Below, piece after piece: positions 45,946-55,852 of a stretch of 64,000 nucleotides of DNA. The position numbers and the translations under genes are program-made. A model generated the notes under the pieces. That model worked only from the letters and a program-made list of their open reading frames with translations. It searched no databases and was not told the origin of the DNA. Within the stretch, counting starts at the first letter, position 1. Every line of letters starts with the position of its first letter. Source of the stretch: an uncultured Fibrobacteria bacterium (GTDB taxonomy: Bacteria > Fibrobacterota > Fibrobacteria > UBA11236); NCBI GenBank assembly GCA_963716395.1, contig OY970309.1:1184001-1248000 (forward strand). Direction: 5' to 3'.

Positions 45946-46737
45946 ATGGAAGACGTGCTTTCCCGCATTCTGGCGCGCAAAGCGGAGCGGCTGGCCGCGC
46001 GCAAACGCGCCGTACCGCTGGAAGAGATCGAACGCCGGGCCGGCAACCTTCCGCCGCCGCGCCTGGATTTGCTGGCCGCGCTCCAAAGCCCCGCGCCGCA
46101 GGGCCTGCACGTCATCGCCGAAGTCAAGAAAGCTTCGCCGTCGCGGGGCGTGATTCGCGCCGACTTCGATGCGCCGGCCATCGCCGCCGCCTATGCGCGG
46201 GGCGGCGCTTCGGCGCTGTCGGTGCTCACCGAAGAGGATTTCTTTCAGGGTTCGGACGAATTCCTACGTACTATATCCGCTACGGTAGCCTTGCCGGTAC
46301 TGCGCAAGGATTTTCTCACCGAAGCCTACCAGGTGTTCGAAACCAAACTGCTGGGTGCGGCCGCCTACCTCCTCATCGTCGCCTGTCTCTCCGATGCCGA
46401 GTTGCGCGAACTCATCGACGTGGGCCGCGCGTTGCGCCTCACCCCGCTGGTCGAAGTACACGACGCGGCCGAAACCGCGCGCGCCGTGGCCGCGGGCGCG
46501 CCGCTGCTCGGCATCAACAACCGCGACTTGCGCACGTTTCGCACCGATCTCGACACCACGGCGCGGCTGCGAAAATTGATTCCGCCGGAAATTCCCGTGG
46601 TTTCCGAATCCGGCATTTTTACCCGCGCCGATGTGCTGCGCCTGCGCGAGGAGGGCGCGCAGGCCGTGCTGGTGGGCGAAAGCTTGATGCGTGCGCCCGA
46701 CCTTGAAGCCAAGCTGCGCGAATTGTTGGGTTCATGA
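45946..46737 (+). CDS. trpC: Indole-3-glycerol phosphate synthase
   Basis: IAEVKKASPSRG, SVLTE, LRKDF, GINNRDL, SESGI. Confidence 0.95.
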   Translation: MEDVLSRILARKAERLAARKRAVPLEEIERRAGNLPPPRLDLLAALQSPAPQGLHVIAEVKKASPSRGVIRADFDAPAIAAAYARGGASALSVLTEEDFFQGSDEFLRTISATVALPVLRKDFLTEAYQVFETKLLGAAAYLLIVACLSDAELRELIDVGRALRLTPLVEVHDAAETARAVAAGAPLLGINNRDLRTFRTDLDTTARLRKLIPPEIPVVSESGIFTRADVLRLREEGAQAVLVGESLMRAPDLEAKLRELLGS

Positions 46738-47243
46738 ACGCGCCGGAACCTCCGCAAAGCCCGCTGCATCTTCTGTTCGTGTGCATGGGGAACATCTGCC
46801 GTTCGCCCTTGGCCGAGGGCATTTTCGCCCACCTGGCGCATGGCCGCGGCCGTGCGGATTTCTACCGCCTCGATTCGGCCGGCATCGGCGATTGGCATGT
46901 GGGTCAACCGGCCGACCCGCGTTCGTGCGCGGTGGCCGAAAAGCACGGCATCACCTTGACCAGCCGCGCCCGCCAAATCCAAGCGCCCGAAGACTTTGAA
47001 AAGTTTGCTTGGCTGTTCGCCATGGATCGGGAAAACCTGCGCGATCTGCAATCGCTTTCGTCGCCGCGCCATTTCGGAAAAATCCGGTTGATCCGAGGCT
47101 TTGATCCCGAAGGCGGCGCCGAGGCCGAAGTGCCCGACCCCTATTACGGCGGACCGCGGGGGTTCGATCAGGTATACGCCATGCTGGAGCGCTCGTGCCG
47201 GGGCCTGTTGGAAAGGTTGGAAGGCGGTGGCGGGCTCGCGTGA
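46734..47243 (+). CDS. Low molecular weight protein-tyrosine phosphatase
   Basis: FVCMGNICRSP, VPDPYYG. Confidence 0.93.
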   Translation: MNAPEPPQSPLHLLFVCMGNICRSPLAEGIFAHLAHGRGRADFYRLDSAGIGDWHVGQPADPRSCAVAEKHGITLTSRARQIQAPEDFEKFAWLFAMDRENLRDLQSLSSPRHFGKIRLIRGFDPEGGAEAEVPDPYYGGPRGFDQVYAMLERSCRGLLERLEGGGGLA

Positions 47244-47244
47244 T

Positions 47245-48102
47245 ATGCCGGAATGGCTGGCCGCGGCCTTGCGGGCCTGCGGCCTGCGTCCGCCTTATCG
47301 CCAGGCGCGGATTCTTTCCGGAGGTTGCATCAGCCGAATGGTCGCGGTCGAAACCGGCGACGGATCGGTTTGCGTCAAGACCGGCGGCGGCGAAGCGCCG
47401 GATTTTTTTCTGCGGGAGCGCGAAGGCTTGGAAGCCCTGGCCCGCGCCGGATCTTCGCTGCGCTTTCCCCGAGTGTTCGGCCATTGCGACGCCGCGCAAG
47501 GCCCGTCGTGGCTGGCGCTGGAATACCTGGCGCCCGGTCCGCCGGATTGGGAGGCGCTGGGACGGGGGCTGGCCGAGTTGCACCGTTTTTGTGAAAATCG
47601 TTACGGCTTCTACACCGATAATTATCTGGGCGCCACGCCGCAGGAAAACGGTTGGAGCACCGAGTGGGGCGAATTTTTCGCGACCCGCCGCATCGCCGCC
47701 CTGGTGCGGCGCTTAGATCGGGCCGGTGCGCTGACGTGGCCGGAACAAGACACGTTCACGCGCCTGCTCGATAAAATTCCACACCTGGTGGGACATCGCC
47801 CCGCGGCATCCCTCATCCATGGCGATTTGTGGAACGGCAACCATTTGCCGTCGCTTTTCGGCCCGACGCTCATCGACCCGGCCGTGTCTTTCAGCGACCG
47901 CGAAGCCGATTGGGCCATGCTGCGCCTCTTCGGCGGGTTTCCCGACACCGTGTTCGAGGCCTACCAGGAAACCTGGCCGTTACCTTCGGACTGGAAGGAT
48001 CGGCTGGCGCTGTACCAGTTGTACCATTTGCTCAACCACCAATTGTTGTTCGGCGGCGGTTACGGCGCGCAGGCCCTGGCCTCGGCCCGGCGGTACCTTT
48101 GA
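47245..48102 (+). CDS. Fructosamine kinase family protein
   Basis: LSGGCI, DNYLG.TPQ.N, LIHGDLWNGN, IDPAV, LYHLLNH. Confidence 0.9.
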   Translation: MPEWLAAALRACGLRPPYRQARILSGGCISRMVAVETGDGSVCVKTGGGEAPDFFLREREGLEALARAGSSLRFPRVFGHCDAAQGPSWLALEYLAPGPPDWEALGRGLAELHRFCENRYGFYTDNYLGATPQENGWSTEWGEFFATRRIAALVRRLDRAGALTWPEQDTFTRLLDKIPHLVGHRPAASLIHGDLWNGNHLPSLFGPTLIDPAVSFSDREADWAMLRLFGGFPDTVFEAYQETWPLPSDWKDRLALYQLYHLLNHQLLFGGGYGAQALASARRYL

Positions 48103-48106
48103 ACCG

Positions 48107-51043
48107 CTAATCCCGCGTTTTGCCCAACAAAATCAGGCGCACCGCGTCGAGCCGCAATTCGGCCGCCGCGATGTGGCGCAACACCTCGGCCGCATATTCT
48201 TCCGCGGCCCGCACCTGCGCTTCGGAGACGCCCGGATTCAGCGGCTGCAAAGCGCGCAGACGTTCGCTCTCGCCTCCCAAAATTTTTTCCGCTTCGTGAT
48301 GCGCGGCCTTTTTCACCGTGGCTTCACGAATCGCGGCCAGGGCCTGCGCGGCTTCAAGCCATTTGGGAATGAGGCGGGCGAAAGACTCGTGATGTTCTTC
48401 CAGCATGCCGGTGGGCGCCATTTCCAAATCCGCCGCGTCGAGGGCCTTCTGGAAGTGGTTCAGGCTTTCGCCTTTTTCGTCGACCAGCACGCGGAGGGGC
48501 GTAGGCGGCAAAAAGCGATCGAGGTGCAACGCTCCGGGAGCTGTAGCCGCCAACACAAACACCGCCTCCAGCGCCATGCCCTGAGCGGGAGCGGCGGGCC
48601 AGGCCGCGAAGCCCGCGGTTCCCTCCTGGCCTTCGAGCAGCAAATCCACCGTGCCGCGCACCAGCGGATGATCAAGGGTCATAAACGCCAAATCTTCTCG
48701 CGCCAGGGCCTCGTCGCGATCATAGGTGAGGCCGAGTCCGCTTTCGGGCACTTCGGGAAAAGCGTCAAGCAGCATGCGTTCACCCGGTAGCACGAAAGCA
48801 CCGCGTTGCGCGGTGGTGGCTTCGACGTCGAGGCCGAAATGATCGAACACTTCCTCGAGATACTCCTGCAAATCGGGATCGTCATCCTGCGCCTGGATCT
48901 CGGCAATCAATCCGGCCGCCAGTTCGGTTTTGTTGCTGTTGAGTTCCAGCAGGCGATCACGGCCCTGCTCCAAGGCTGCGCGCACGCGGGCGGCTTCGGC
49001 TTTTGTGGCGCGGATCAAATCGGCGACTTCGGCGGTGCCGGTAACCAAGGCCCGCCGGCAGGCGTCGAGCACCGAGCCGATCAGGGTTTCGTGAAAGGTG
49101 TCGGCGCCGAGCACCGTGTCGCGCAAGGCGTTCAAACCTTCATGATACCAGCGGAACACGACTGCTTGCGGCGTGCCGCGCAGATAGGGGATATGCAGGT
49201 GGATATCGCTGTGCTGTCCGATGCGATCCAGCCGGCCGATGCGTTGTTCCAGCACGGCGGGGTCGAGGGGAAGATCGAACAGAATGAGGTGATGGGCGAA
49301 TTGGAAGTTGCGGCCTTCGCTGCCGATTTCGGAGCACAGCAGCAATTGCGCGCCGTCGGGCTCGGAAAAGTAGGCCGCGTTCCGGTCACGCGTGGCCATG
49401 GCCAGGTTCTCGTGAAACGAGGCGAAGGTCGCGGTGGTGAGCGTGGGCAGAATTTCCTGCAAGGCGAACACCACGGCCTTGTGGGCGCAGATCAGCAGAA
49501 TTTTCTCGGAGGGATGTTGCCGTAGAAAGTCCACCAGCCAGGCCAGCCTGGGGTCTTGGGCCCAGGCCGCGCGCCACATCTCGCCGGAGTCACCGGGAAG
49601 ATTCCGTAACTCTGCCGCGACGGCCGGGGCGCCGCCCAGATAGCGCGCCAATTCGGCTTCATCGGCAAAGGCTTTTTCGGGCTCGGGGAACAAGGCTCGC
49701 GCCAGCGCAGCCCCGGCAGGGTTTTGATCCAGCGGCGCCGGCTGCACCACTCTGCGGGGGAAGCCGCCCAGGGCCTGGCGGCGATTGCGGAACATGAGGC
49801 GTCCGGTGCCGTGGCGATCCACCAGGTCTTCAATGAGACGCTCCCGCGCGCCGGGTTTGTCGGCGGCCGTCTCTGCGAGGCGTGCGTGCAGGGCGGAGTC
49901 GTCGGGGAACGCGCGCCGCAAGGCGTCGAGCACCTGCGGTTCCGGATGTTCTGCGGCCAGCAAAGCGTCGGCCCATTGCGCCAGTTCTTGGTAGCGCCGC
50001 GTCTCTGCGAGATAGGCGGGCAGCGAGGTGAAGCGATCCGGATCCAACAGGCGCAGACGCCCGAAATGCCCGGCCTGTCCCAACTGGATGGGCGTGGCCG
50101 TGAGCAACAGCACCCCGCCGGCCGCGGCGGTCAGGCTTTCCACGGCGCGGTAGGCGGGAGAGGAAGATTCCGGCGACCAGGATAAATGGTGGGCTTCGTC
50201 CACGATGAGCAGATCCACGCCCGCGGCCCGAGCCTGCTCCACGCGGCGCGGTCCGCTGCGATCGGCGGCCAGAAAATCAGCGGCGCAGAGAATGGTCTGC
50301 CGCAGCGCAAAGGGATTGATCGACGCGTCGCCTTTTTCTTCGGCGCGGCACAGGTCTTCGTCGAGCACGGTGAACATGTGGTTGAAGCGGCGGTACAGTT
50401 CGACCATCCATTGATGCACGAGTTGCGATGGCGTGACGATGAGCACGCGCTGGATTTGGCCGGTTACGTACAGACGGTGAAAGACCAGCCCGGCCTCGAT
50501 GGTTTTGCCCAGGCCCACCTCGTCGGCCAAGAGCACGCGGGGATGGCGGCGGCTCGCGATTTCGTAGGCGATGCCCAATTGATGCGGCAGCAGTTGCATG
50601 CGCGCGCCCGCCAGGCCGCGCACGCGCCGGCCCAGCAGGGCGCGCCGGAACTCCAAGGTGCGCAGGCGCAGCGCAAAGGCCCGGGGCTTGTCGACCTTGG
50701 CGGCCAGCAGGCGTTTGTCGGGATCGGAAAACGTCATGTGATCGAGCAGTTCGCGCTCGTCCAGGACTTCGGTCACCCCGCGATAAACCAGCAAGCCGTC
50801 TTGTTCTTCGACGCGGCGCACGACGAACACCCGGCCGTCGCGGCTGCGCGCGCGATCACCCGGCTGCAGGCGCACGCGCCGCAACGGCGCATTGCGCCGC
50901 ATGTAGACGCGCGTTTCGCCCGCGGCCTCAAAGCGGATTGTGACGTCGCGGAAGCCCGCGGCCAGCACGGTGCCCAAGCCGAGTTCGGGTTCGCTTTCAC
51001 TCACCCAGCGCTGGCCGGGAACCATGGCTTCGGAAGCGGTCAC
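48107..51043 (-). CDS. rapA: RNA polymerase-associated SWI2/SNF2 ATPase RapA
   Basis: GQRWVSESEPELGLG, LLADEVGLGKTIEAG, DEAHH, SEIGSEGRNFQFA, QRIGRLDRIGQ. Confidence 0.93.
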   Translation of the reverse strand: MTASEAMVPGQRWVSESEPELGLGTVLAAGFRDVTIRFEAAGETRVYMRRNAPLRRVRLQPGDRARSRDGRVFVVRRVEEQDGLLVYRGVTEVLDERELLDHMTFSDPDKRLLAAKVDKPRAFALRLRTLEFRRALLGRRVRGLAGARMQLLPHQLGIAYEIASRRHPRVLLADEVGLGKTIEAGLVFHRLYVTGQIQRVLIVTPSQLVHQWMVELYRRFNHMFTVLDEDLCRAEEKGDASINPFALRQTILCAADFLAADRSGPRRVEQARAAGVDLLIVDEAHHLSWSPESSSPAYRAVESLTAAAGGVLLLTATPIQLGQAGHFGRLRLLDPDRFTSLPAYLAETRRYQELAQWADALLAAEHPEPQVLDALRRAFPDDSALHARLAETAADKPGARERLIEDLVDRHGTGRLMFRNRRQALGGFPRRVVQPAPLDQNPAGAALARALFPEPEKAFADEAELARYLGGAPAVAAELRNLPGDSGEMWRAAWAQDPRLAWLVDFLRQHPSEKILLICAHKAVVFALQEILPTLTTATFASFHENLAMATRDRNAAYFSEPDGAQLLLCSEIGSEGRNFQFAHHLILFDLPLDPAVLEQRIGRLDRIGQHSDIHLHIPYLRGTPQAVVFRWYHEGLNALRDTVLGADTFHETLIGSVLDACRRALVTGTAEVADLIRATKAEAARVRAALEQGRDRLLELNSNKTELAAGLIAEIQAQDDDPDLQEYLEEVFDHFGLDVEATTAQRGAFVLPGERMLLDAFPEVPESGLGLTYDRDEALAREDLAFMTLDHPLVRGTVDLLLEGQEGTAGFAAWPAAPAQGMALEAVFVLAATAPGALHLDRFLPPTPLRVLVDEKGESLNHFQKALDAADLEMAPTGMLEEHHESFARLIPKWLEAAQALAAIREATVKKAAHHEAEKILGGESERLRALQPLNPGVSEAQVRAAEEYAAEVLRHIAAAELRLDAVRLILLGKTRD

Positions 51044-51045
51044 GC

Positions 51046-52659
51046 TCAGCCCGCGGACAACAGCCGGTTCATGCCGTTGAACAGGGCCTTGATGTTGGCC
51101 TTGATGGTGTCTTTGTCTTTGCCGCGTCCGATGGCCGCGGGTTCGACGGGAACGCCGTCGGGCCCTTTGCGCTGGAGCTTGATCTGCGACAGCGCGTAGG
51201 CCGCGAAGTCGAGATGCTCGATGTCGACCGCCTGCTGCGCGTATTCGATCAGGTGAAAGCGCAGGCCGATGGATTCCACCGCCTGCATGCACGCGTCGAC
51301 CGGCCCCGTGCCGCGGCCGATCACGGTCTGCTCGCGACCGCGCCAGCGCACGTCAAAGGCGAATTCCTTTTCGTCGGGATCGACGCGCAACCCGCGAAAT
51401 TCCAGGGGCCCGTCGTTTTGGAGCAAGGCCTCGTCATAGGCGCGCACGAAATCGGCGTCGGAAAGTTCGCCCTTGCCCTGCTCCGACATCCGTTTCAACA
51501 GCGGCTGCAAGAGCGCGGCCTCTTCCAAGGTGATGGGCAACCCCAATCCCCGGATGATTGCATACACCGCGCTTTTGCCCGATTGGCTGGTGAAGGCCAG
51601 GCGATCGGATTCTTTGCGGCCGATGAGATCGCCCTCGAAGGCGCGGTAGGCGCCTTTTTTCATGCCTTTGGTTTTGGCCGCGCCGTCCTGGTGGATGCCG
51701 CTGCGGTGCGCCACCACGTCGGCGCCGACCAGCGGGGCTTTTTCGTAAATCGGCACGCGCGACCATTCCGCCACCGCCAGGGCGGTTTCGTAAATCTCCT
51801 CCATGTGCAGCGGCACGTCGACTTCGCAATTGCTGAGCGCCACCGCGACCTCGTACAGATTGGTGTTGCCCGCGCGTTCGCCCAAACCGTTCAAGGCGCA
51901 TTCGAGCTGGGTCGCGCCCGCGAAAAAGCTTTCCACGGTCGTGGCCGTGGCCATGCCCAAGTCGTTGTGGGTGTGCACGGCGATGGTGACCTGCGGCGGC
52001 AGGGCTGCGACCACCTTGCGCACCATGTCGACGAATACCAGGGGGCGGTAACGCTCCACGGTATTGGGCAAATTGATCACCGTGGCGCCGGCCTCCACCA
52101 CGGCCCGAAAGGTATCGAGCACGAAGTCGAAATTGTCCAGGCAGTCGCCGAAATGCTCGGCCGAAAACTGGATGCTGCCTCGCCCTTGCATCAGCGTGCG
52201 GATTTGCGCCACCGCGTCCACCGCCCGCTTCTGCACTTGTGCCGGCGTCATGCGCAACACGTGCTCCATGTTGTAGGACGACGTGGTGATGAAGGTGTGA
52301 ACACGCGGGTTATGCGCCGGGCGCACCGCCTCCCAGGCGCGTTCGATGTCACGCGGCACGGCGCGGGCCAGGCTCGAGATCACTACGTCTTCCGGGGCGA
52401 TTTTCGCCAGATGCGCGCAGGCCTCGAAATCCATCTCGGCCGCGCCGGCATAGCCCACCTCGATGCCCTGCACGCCCAGGGCCAGAAGCCGCCGGAACAC
52501 CCGTTCTTTCTCTTCGAGATTCCAGGGGTGGCGCAGGGCCTGGTTGCCGTCGCGCAAGGTCACGTCGTAGAAAAAAGGTCGTCTTCCGCCCTGCTCGCGC
52601 AAGGTCACGTCGAAGAACGACGGTTGCCGATCCGATGATTGTTGTGAGTTCCCGTTCAT
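51046..52659 (-). CDS. leuA: 2-isopropylmalate synthase
   Basis: DVTLRDGNQ, HTHNDLG, GERAGN, H.SGIHQDG, C-terminal regulatory domain; upstream Leu-rich leader. Confidence 0.9.
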   Translation of the reverse strand: MNGNSQQSSDRQPSFFDVTLREQGGRRPFFYDVTLRDGNQALRHPWNLEEKERVFRRLLALGVQGIEVGYAGAAEMDFEACAHLAKIAPEDVVISSLARAVPRDIERAWEAVRPAHNPRVHTFITTSSYNMEHVLRMTPAQVQKRAVDAVAQIRTLMQGRGSIQFSAEHFGDCLDNFDFVLDTFRAVVEAGATVINLPNTVERYRPLVFVDMVRKVVAALPPQVTIAVHTHNDLGMATATTVESFFAGATQLECALNGLGERAGNTNLYEVAVALSNCEVDVPLHMEEIYETALAVAEWSRVPIYEKAPLVGADVVAHRSGIHQDGAAKTKGMKKGAYRAFEGDLIGRKESDRLAFTSQSGKSAVYAIIRGLGLPITLEEAALLQPLLKRMSEQGKGELSDADFVRAYDEALLQNDGPLEFRGLRVDPDEKEFAFDVRWRGREQTVIGRGTGPVDACMQAVESIGLRFHLIEYAQQAVDIEHLDFAAYALSQIKLQRKGPDGVPVEPAAIGRGKDKDTIKANIKALFNGMNRLLSAG

Positions 52660-52752
52660 GGGGATCCATCCTTTCCGTTCTTGCGCGCGGCCTTCGCTCC
52701 GCTTGCGCCCGGAAGCGACCCATTCCTTTGTTCCCCGGCGGACCCCTCAATG

Positions 52753-52784
52753 AAAAAGGCCCACTCGCAGGAGTGGGCCTTTTT
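52753..52784 (-). terminator. Intrinsic terminator of the leuA attenuator
   Basis: Perfect hairpin AAAAAGGCCCACTC-GCAG-GAGTGGGCCTTTTT. Confidence 0.88.
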
Positions 52785-52803
52785 CCAAACGCTCCGCTCC
52801 CCC

Positions 52804-52860
52804 TCAGCCGGTCAGGCTAAGCAGGAGGTCCAGAGTGTTATGCGCGATCGCAAAGAACAT
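52804..52860 (-). CDS. leuA leader peptide (18 aa)
   Basis: MFFAIAHNTLDLLLSLTG*: 5 Leu in 7 codons, ending 19 nt before the terminator. Confidence 0.8.
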   Translation of the reverse strand: MFFAIAHNTLDLLLSLTG

Positions 52861-52866
52861 GTAAGG

Positions 52867-52895
52867 AGAATACACAAACGCGGCCGGTTTCGCAA
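52867..52895 (-). promoter_or_regulatory. Sigma70-type promoter of the leu leader
   Basis: TTGCGA-N17-TATTCT, then 6 nt to the leader ATG. Confidence 0.65.
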
Positions 52896-52899
52896 GGGG

Positions 52900-53664
52900 T
52901 CAAAAGGAGGTCGAAACCAGAAAACCGCCCATCTCCGGGCCGATCTCGGGATCGATGCGGAAGCTCAGTCCCTTGCCCGACGTACGCCGGTATAAGCGCA
53001 GGGTATGCGCCAGAGACACCACGCGGTTCAAAATCAATCCGCCGACCGCGAAGGAAAGGGCGATTTTGGCACCGCGGTAATGGTTCAAAATCGATTGGAA
53101 CTCGTGCCAATGCGCGGTATTGGCCGGCGTATTCGAGCTGCCAAAATCCCAGGCTTCGGAAGGAGGCACGGCGTAATTTCCACTGGTCACGCCGGAAAGC
53201 ACCTGGCTCAATTCATAACTATCCTGCCGATGCGCCGCTTCGGCGTAGGAGCGGTAGGTGGCCAGCAAATTGAGATAGGTTTCGCCTTGGCCGGCGGCGT
53301 TGGCACCCGCGTATTCTTCGGCGTAGTTGCGGGCCGATTGCAAATAGCTGTCGCGCGCCTGCCAGGCTACGAATAAGGCCGACCAGAACCCGATCTCGGT
53401 CAGAAGAAAAGCTTCGGCGGAATTTTTTTGGCGTAAATAGGCTTCACCTGCTCCGGGCAACAAGGCCGAGCCCAGCAAGGCCAGACCCAGCGAACGATCC
53501 CGGTTCTGCAGGCGCGTTGAATCCACCGCCACGGTGATGTCGGTTCCGGGCTGTGCTCCCACGACCACGTCCTGCGCCCGGGCCGAGACTGCGGACACGC
53601 ACAGGACAAGCGGCACAAGAACGCGGGCGAACACGCCGGGGTATCTAGGGGCGAACCGGTGCAT
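52900..53664 (-). CDS. Exported hypothetical protein (DUF5683-like)
   Basis: Signal peptide; SALLPGAGEAY; C-terminal Phe. Confidence 0.7.
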   Translation of the reverse strand: MHRFAPRYPGVFARVLVPLVLCVSAVSARAQDVVVGAQPGTDITVAVDSTRLQNRDRSLGLALLGSALLPGAGEAYLRQKNSAEAFLLTEIGFWSALFVAWQARDSYLQSARNYAEEYAGANAAGQGETYLNLLATYRSYAEAAHRQDSYELSQVLSGVTSGNYAVPPSEAWDFGSSNTPANTAHWHEFQSILNHYRGAKIALSFAVGGLILNRVVSLAHTLRLYRRTSGKGLSFRIDPEIGPEMGGFLVSTSF

Positions 53665-53670
53665 GCGAAA

Positions 53671-54927
53671 TCAAAAGGAAACGGTGGCCACTACCGTAGT
53701 GCGCGGCCACGCGCCGTCAAACCCCAATTCGCTGTTGAAACGGAGGCGATCATACCAGGTGGTTTCGGTTTGATACAGCGACATATTGTGGGCGCGGGCG
53801 GTGAGGGCCGCGTCGAGAGCCGAGACGATGTGGTTGACGACGATGCCGCCCAAAAACCAGGCTTGCATGCGCGCATAGCGATTGGCCGTGGCGCGCATGG
53901 CCACGTATTGATCGCGCATAGCGCTGGTGCCGGAAACTTCCGAGGAATCGGCATAGGTCACGCTCTGGGCGTCCTTCCAGCCGGCGATGAATTCCTGTTC
54001 TTTGCCGATGAGCTCGTAAAAGGAAAAAGAGTTGGGAAAGTTCGCGCGCCAGGCGTGTATGGAATCGCTTTGGGCGGAGGCCGGTGTCACATTGCCGTAG
54101 TCGTGGCTGTTCACCACATTCTGAAAGTGCGAGTATCCGCTGCTTTGAACGACGGGATCCTCGCAGCCCTGCAAGTCCAAGCCACCGTTGGCGCCGCCTT
54201 GTACGACGTCTTCGCAATACGTGCTTCGAAAGGAGTTCTGAGTAGCGAAGGAACCGTTATTCTCATTTGCCTGAATGGAATCTTCGTATTTGCTCTGGCT
54301 CCAGTTGGCGTCCGCGAAGCGCTGGTACTTGTTCACTTCGGCGTCTTGCTTGACCACCACGTAGTGATACCAGAATATGCCCAGCGCCACGTCGATGCCC
54401 AGATAGCCTGCGGCGCGCACATAATTCAGCGTGCTTTGCCCCACATAGGCCTGTCCCAAACCGGGAATGACCAACGACATGAACAACGCTTTTTTGGGGC
54501 TGCGGTAATGTCCCTTGAGCTCATTCATCGGATTGATGGTGGTTTCGCGTACCAAGCGTTGACGCCGTTTCCGTATGGCTTCGGTATCGGCCTTGGCCGC
54601 CGTCGCGGTATCGGTTTTGACCGGAGTTTTCGCCGTGGTTGTGTCACGCCGCGCCGTGGTATCGGAAAGGTTTTTTTTGGCCACGGTATCGGTGGCCGCC
54701 GCTTTAACCGTGTCTTTGCGGGCCAACGTGTCGGTTTTCGGGGCGGCGGCGCTGTCTTTGACCACCGCCGGCTTGGGCTCGGCCGAATCGGATTTGGGAA
54801 CCGTGACGCTGTAGAGATCGCTGGTATCCGCAGCCGGCTGCAGTTTTACGTGCTGCGCAGAAGGCGTAGCCGCGTGCACGGCGGACGGCCCTCCCATTAG
54901 CAATGAGACGAAAAGAATGAAACGCAA
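53671..54927 (-). CDS. Exported hypothetical protein (DUF5683-like) with D-S/T-rich linker
   Basis: TTG start after GGAG; SPKKALFMSLVIPGLGQAY; NHIVSALDA; C-terminal Phe. Confidence 0.72.
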   Translation of the reverse strand: MRFILFVSLLMGGPSAVHAATPSAQHVKLQPAADTSDLYSVTVPKSDSAEPKPAVVKDSAAAPKTDTLARKDTVKAAATDTVAKKNLSDTTARRDTTTAKTPVKTDTATAAKADTEAIRKRRQRLVRETTINPMNELKGHYRSPKKALFMSLVIPGLGQAYVGQSTLNYVRAAGYLGIDVALGIFWYHYVVVKQDAEVNKYQRFADANWSQSKYEDSIQANENNGSFATQNSFRSTYCEDVVQGGANGGLDLQGCEDPVVQSSGYSHFQNVVNSHDYGNVTPASAQSDSIHAWRANFPNSFSFYELIGKEQEFIAGWKDAQSVTYADSSEVSGTSAMRDQYVAMRATANRYARMQAWFLGGIVVNHIVSALDAALTARAHNMSLYQTETTWYDRLRFNSELGFDGAWPRTTVVATVSF

Positions 54928-54995
54928 ACTTGCGACTCCGTTTTGGGGGAATCTACAAATTTGAAGGATTGCGGCTTTGCGGGGAAACCCGGTGA

Positions 54996-55808
54996 TCACA
55001 AACCCAATACGTCGACCATGGAATACAAGCCGGGCGGCTTGCCCGGGAGAAAAAGCGCCGCGCGCAGGGCACCTTGTGCAAAAGGCAGGCGATTATGCGC
55101 CATATGCTTGAGTTCGATGCGTTCGCCCGCCCCCGCAAACAACACGGTATGATCGCCCGCGATGTCTCCGGCGCGCACGGCATGTATACCGATCTGCCGC
55201 AACGGCCTGCCCCCCGTCATTCCGTGCCGCCCGTAAACCGCGGCCTCGTCCAGCGAAACGTTCAATCCGCGCGCCACGGCTTCGGCAAACCCCAACGCCG
55301 TGCCGCTGGGAGCGTCTTTTTTCTGGTTGTGATGGGCCTCGATAATCTCGGCGTCGAAGTCCTGGCCCAGGGCGCGGGCCACGGTTTCCGCCACCTTGAA
55401 CAGCACGGTCACGCCGATGCTCATATTGGGAGAGAACACCAGCGGCACCTTGCGCGCGGCTTCGTGTATGCGTCGTTTCTGATCCGCCGAAAACCCCGTG
55501 GTGCACAGCACGTGGCAGGCGCCGGCGCGTTTTATGATCTCGAGCGCCGCCAGGGAGGATTCGGGAGTGGTGAAGTCGATGACCACGCATCCCGGCCGCA
55601 CCACGTCTTCCAGCGAATCGGTGAGCGGAATGTCGATGCCTGCAAAGGCGGGGTTCTGGCCAAAGGGATGTTGCCCGCCTTTGGCTTCAATGGCGCCGAT
55701 TACGGTCAGGGGTGCTGGCTGTTTTTCGCTCAGGAGTTTGGCGCAGGCGGCGAGAACCATCTGACCCATGCGCCCACGCGCACCGAGCACGACCACTTCA
55801 ACCGGCAT
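54996..55808 (-). CDS. dapB: 4-hydroxy-tetrahydrodipicolinate reductase
   Basis: GARGRMG, IDFT, SPNMSIGV, EAHHNQKKDAPSGTA. Confidence 0.95.
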   Translation of the reverse strand: MPVEVVVLGARGRMGQMVLAACAKLLSEKQPAPLTVIGAIEAKGGQHPFGQNPAFAGIDIPLTDSLEDVVRPGCVVIDFTTPESSLAALEIIKRAGACHVLCTTGFSADQKRRIHEAARKVPLVFSPNMSIGVTVLFKVAETVARALGQDFDAEIIEAHHNQKKDAPSGTALGFAEAVARGLNVSLDEAAVYGRHGMTGGRPLRQIGIHAVRAGDIAGDHTVLFAGAGERIELKHMAHNRLPFAQGALRAALFLPGKPPGLYSMVDVLGL

Positions 55809-55852
55809 CGCCGCCGTTCCTCGGGTTCAATGCCACCCGGATTCTCCGCCGC

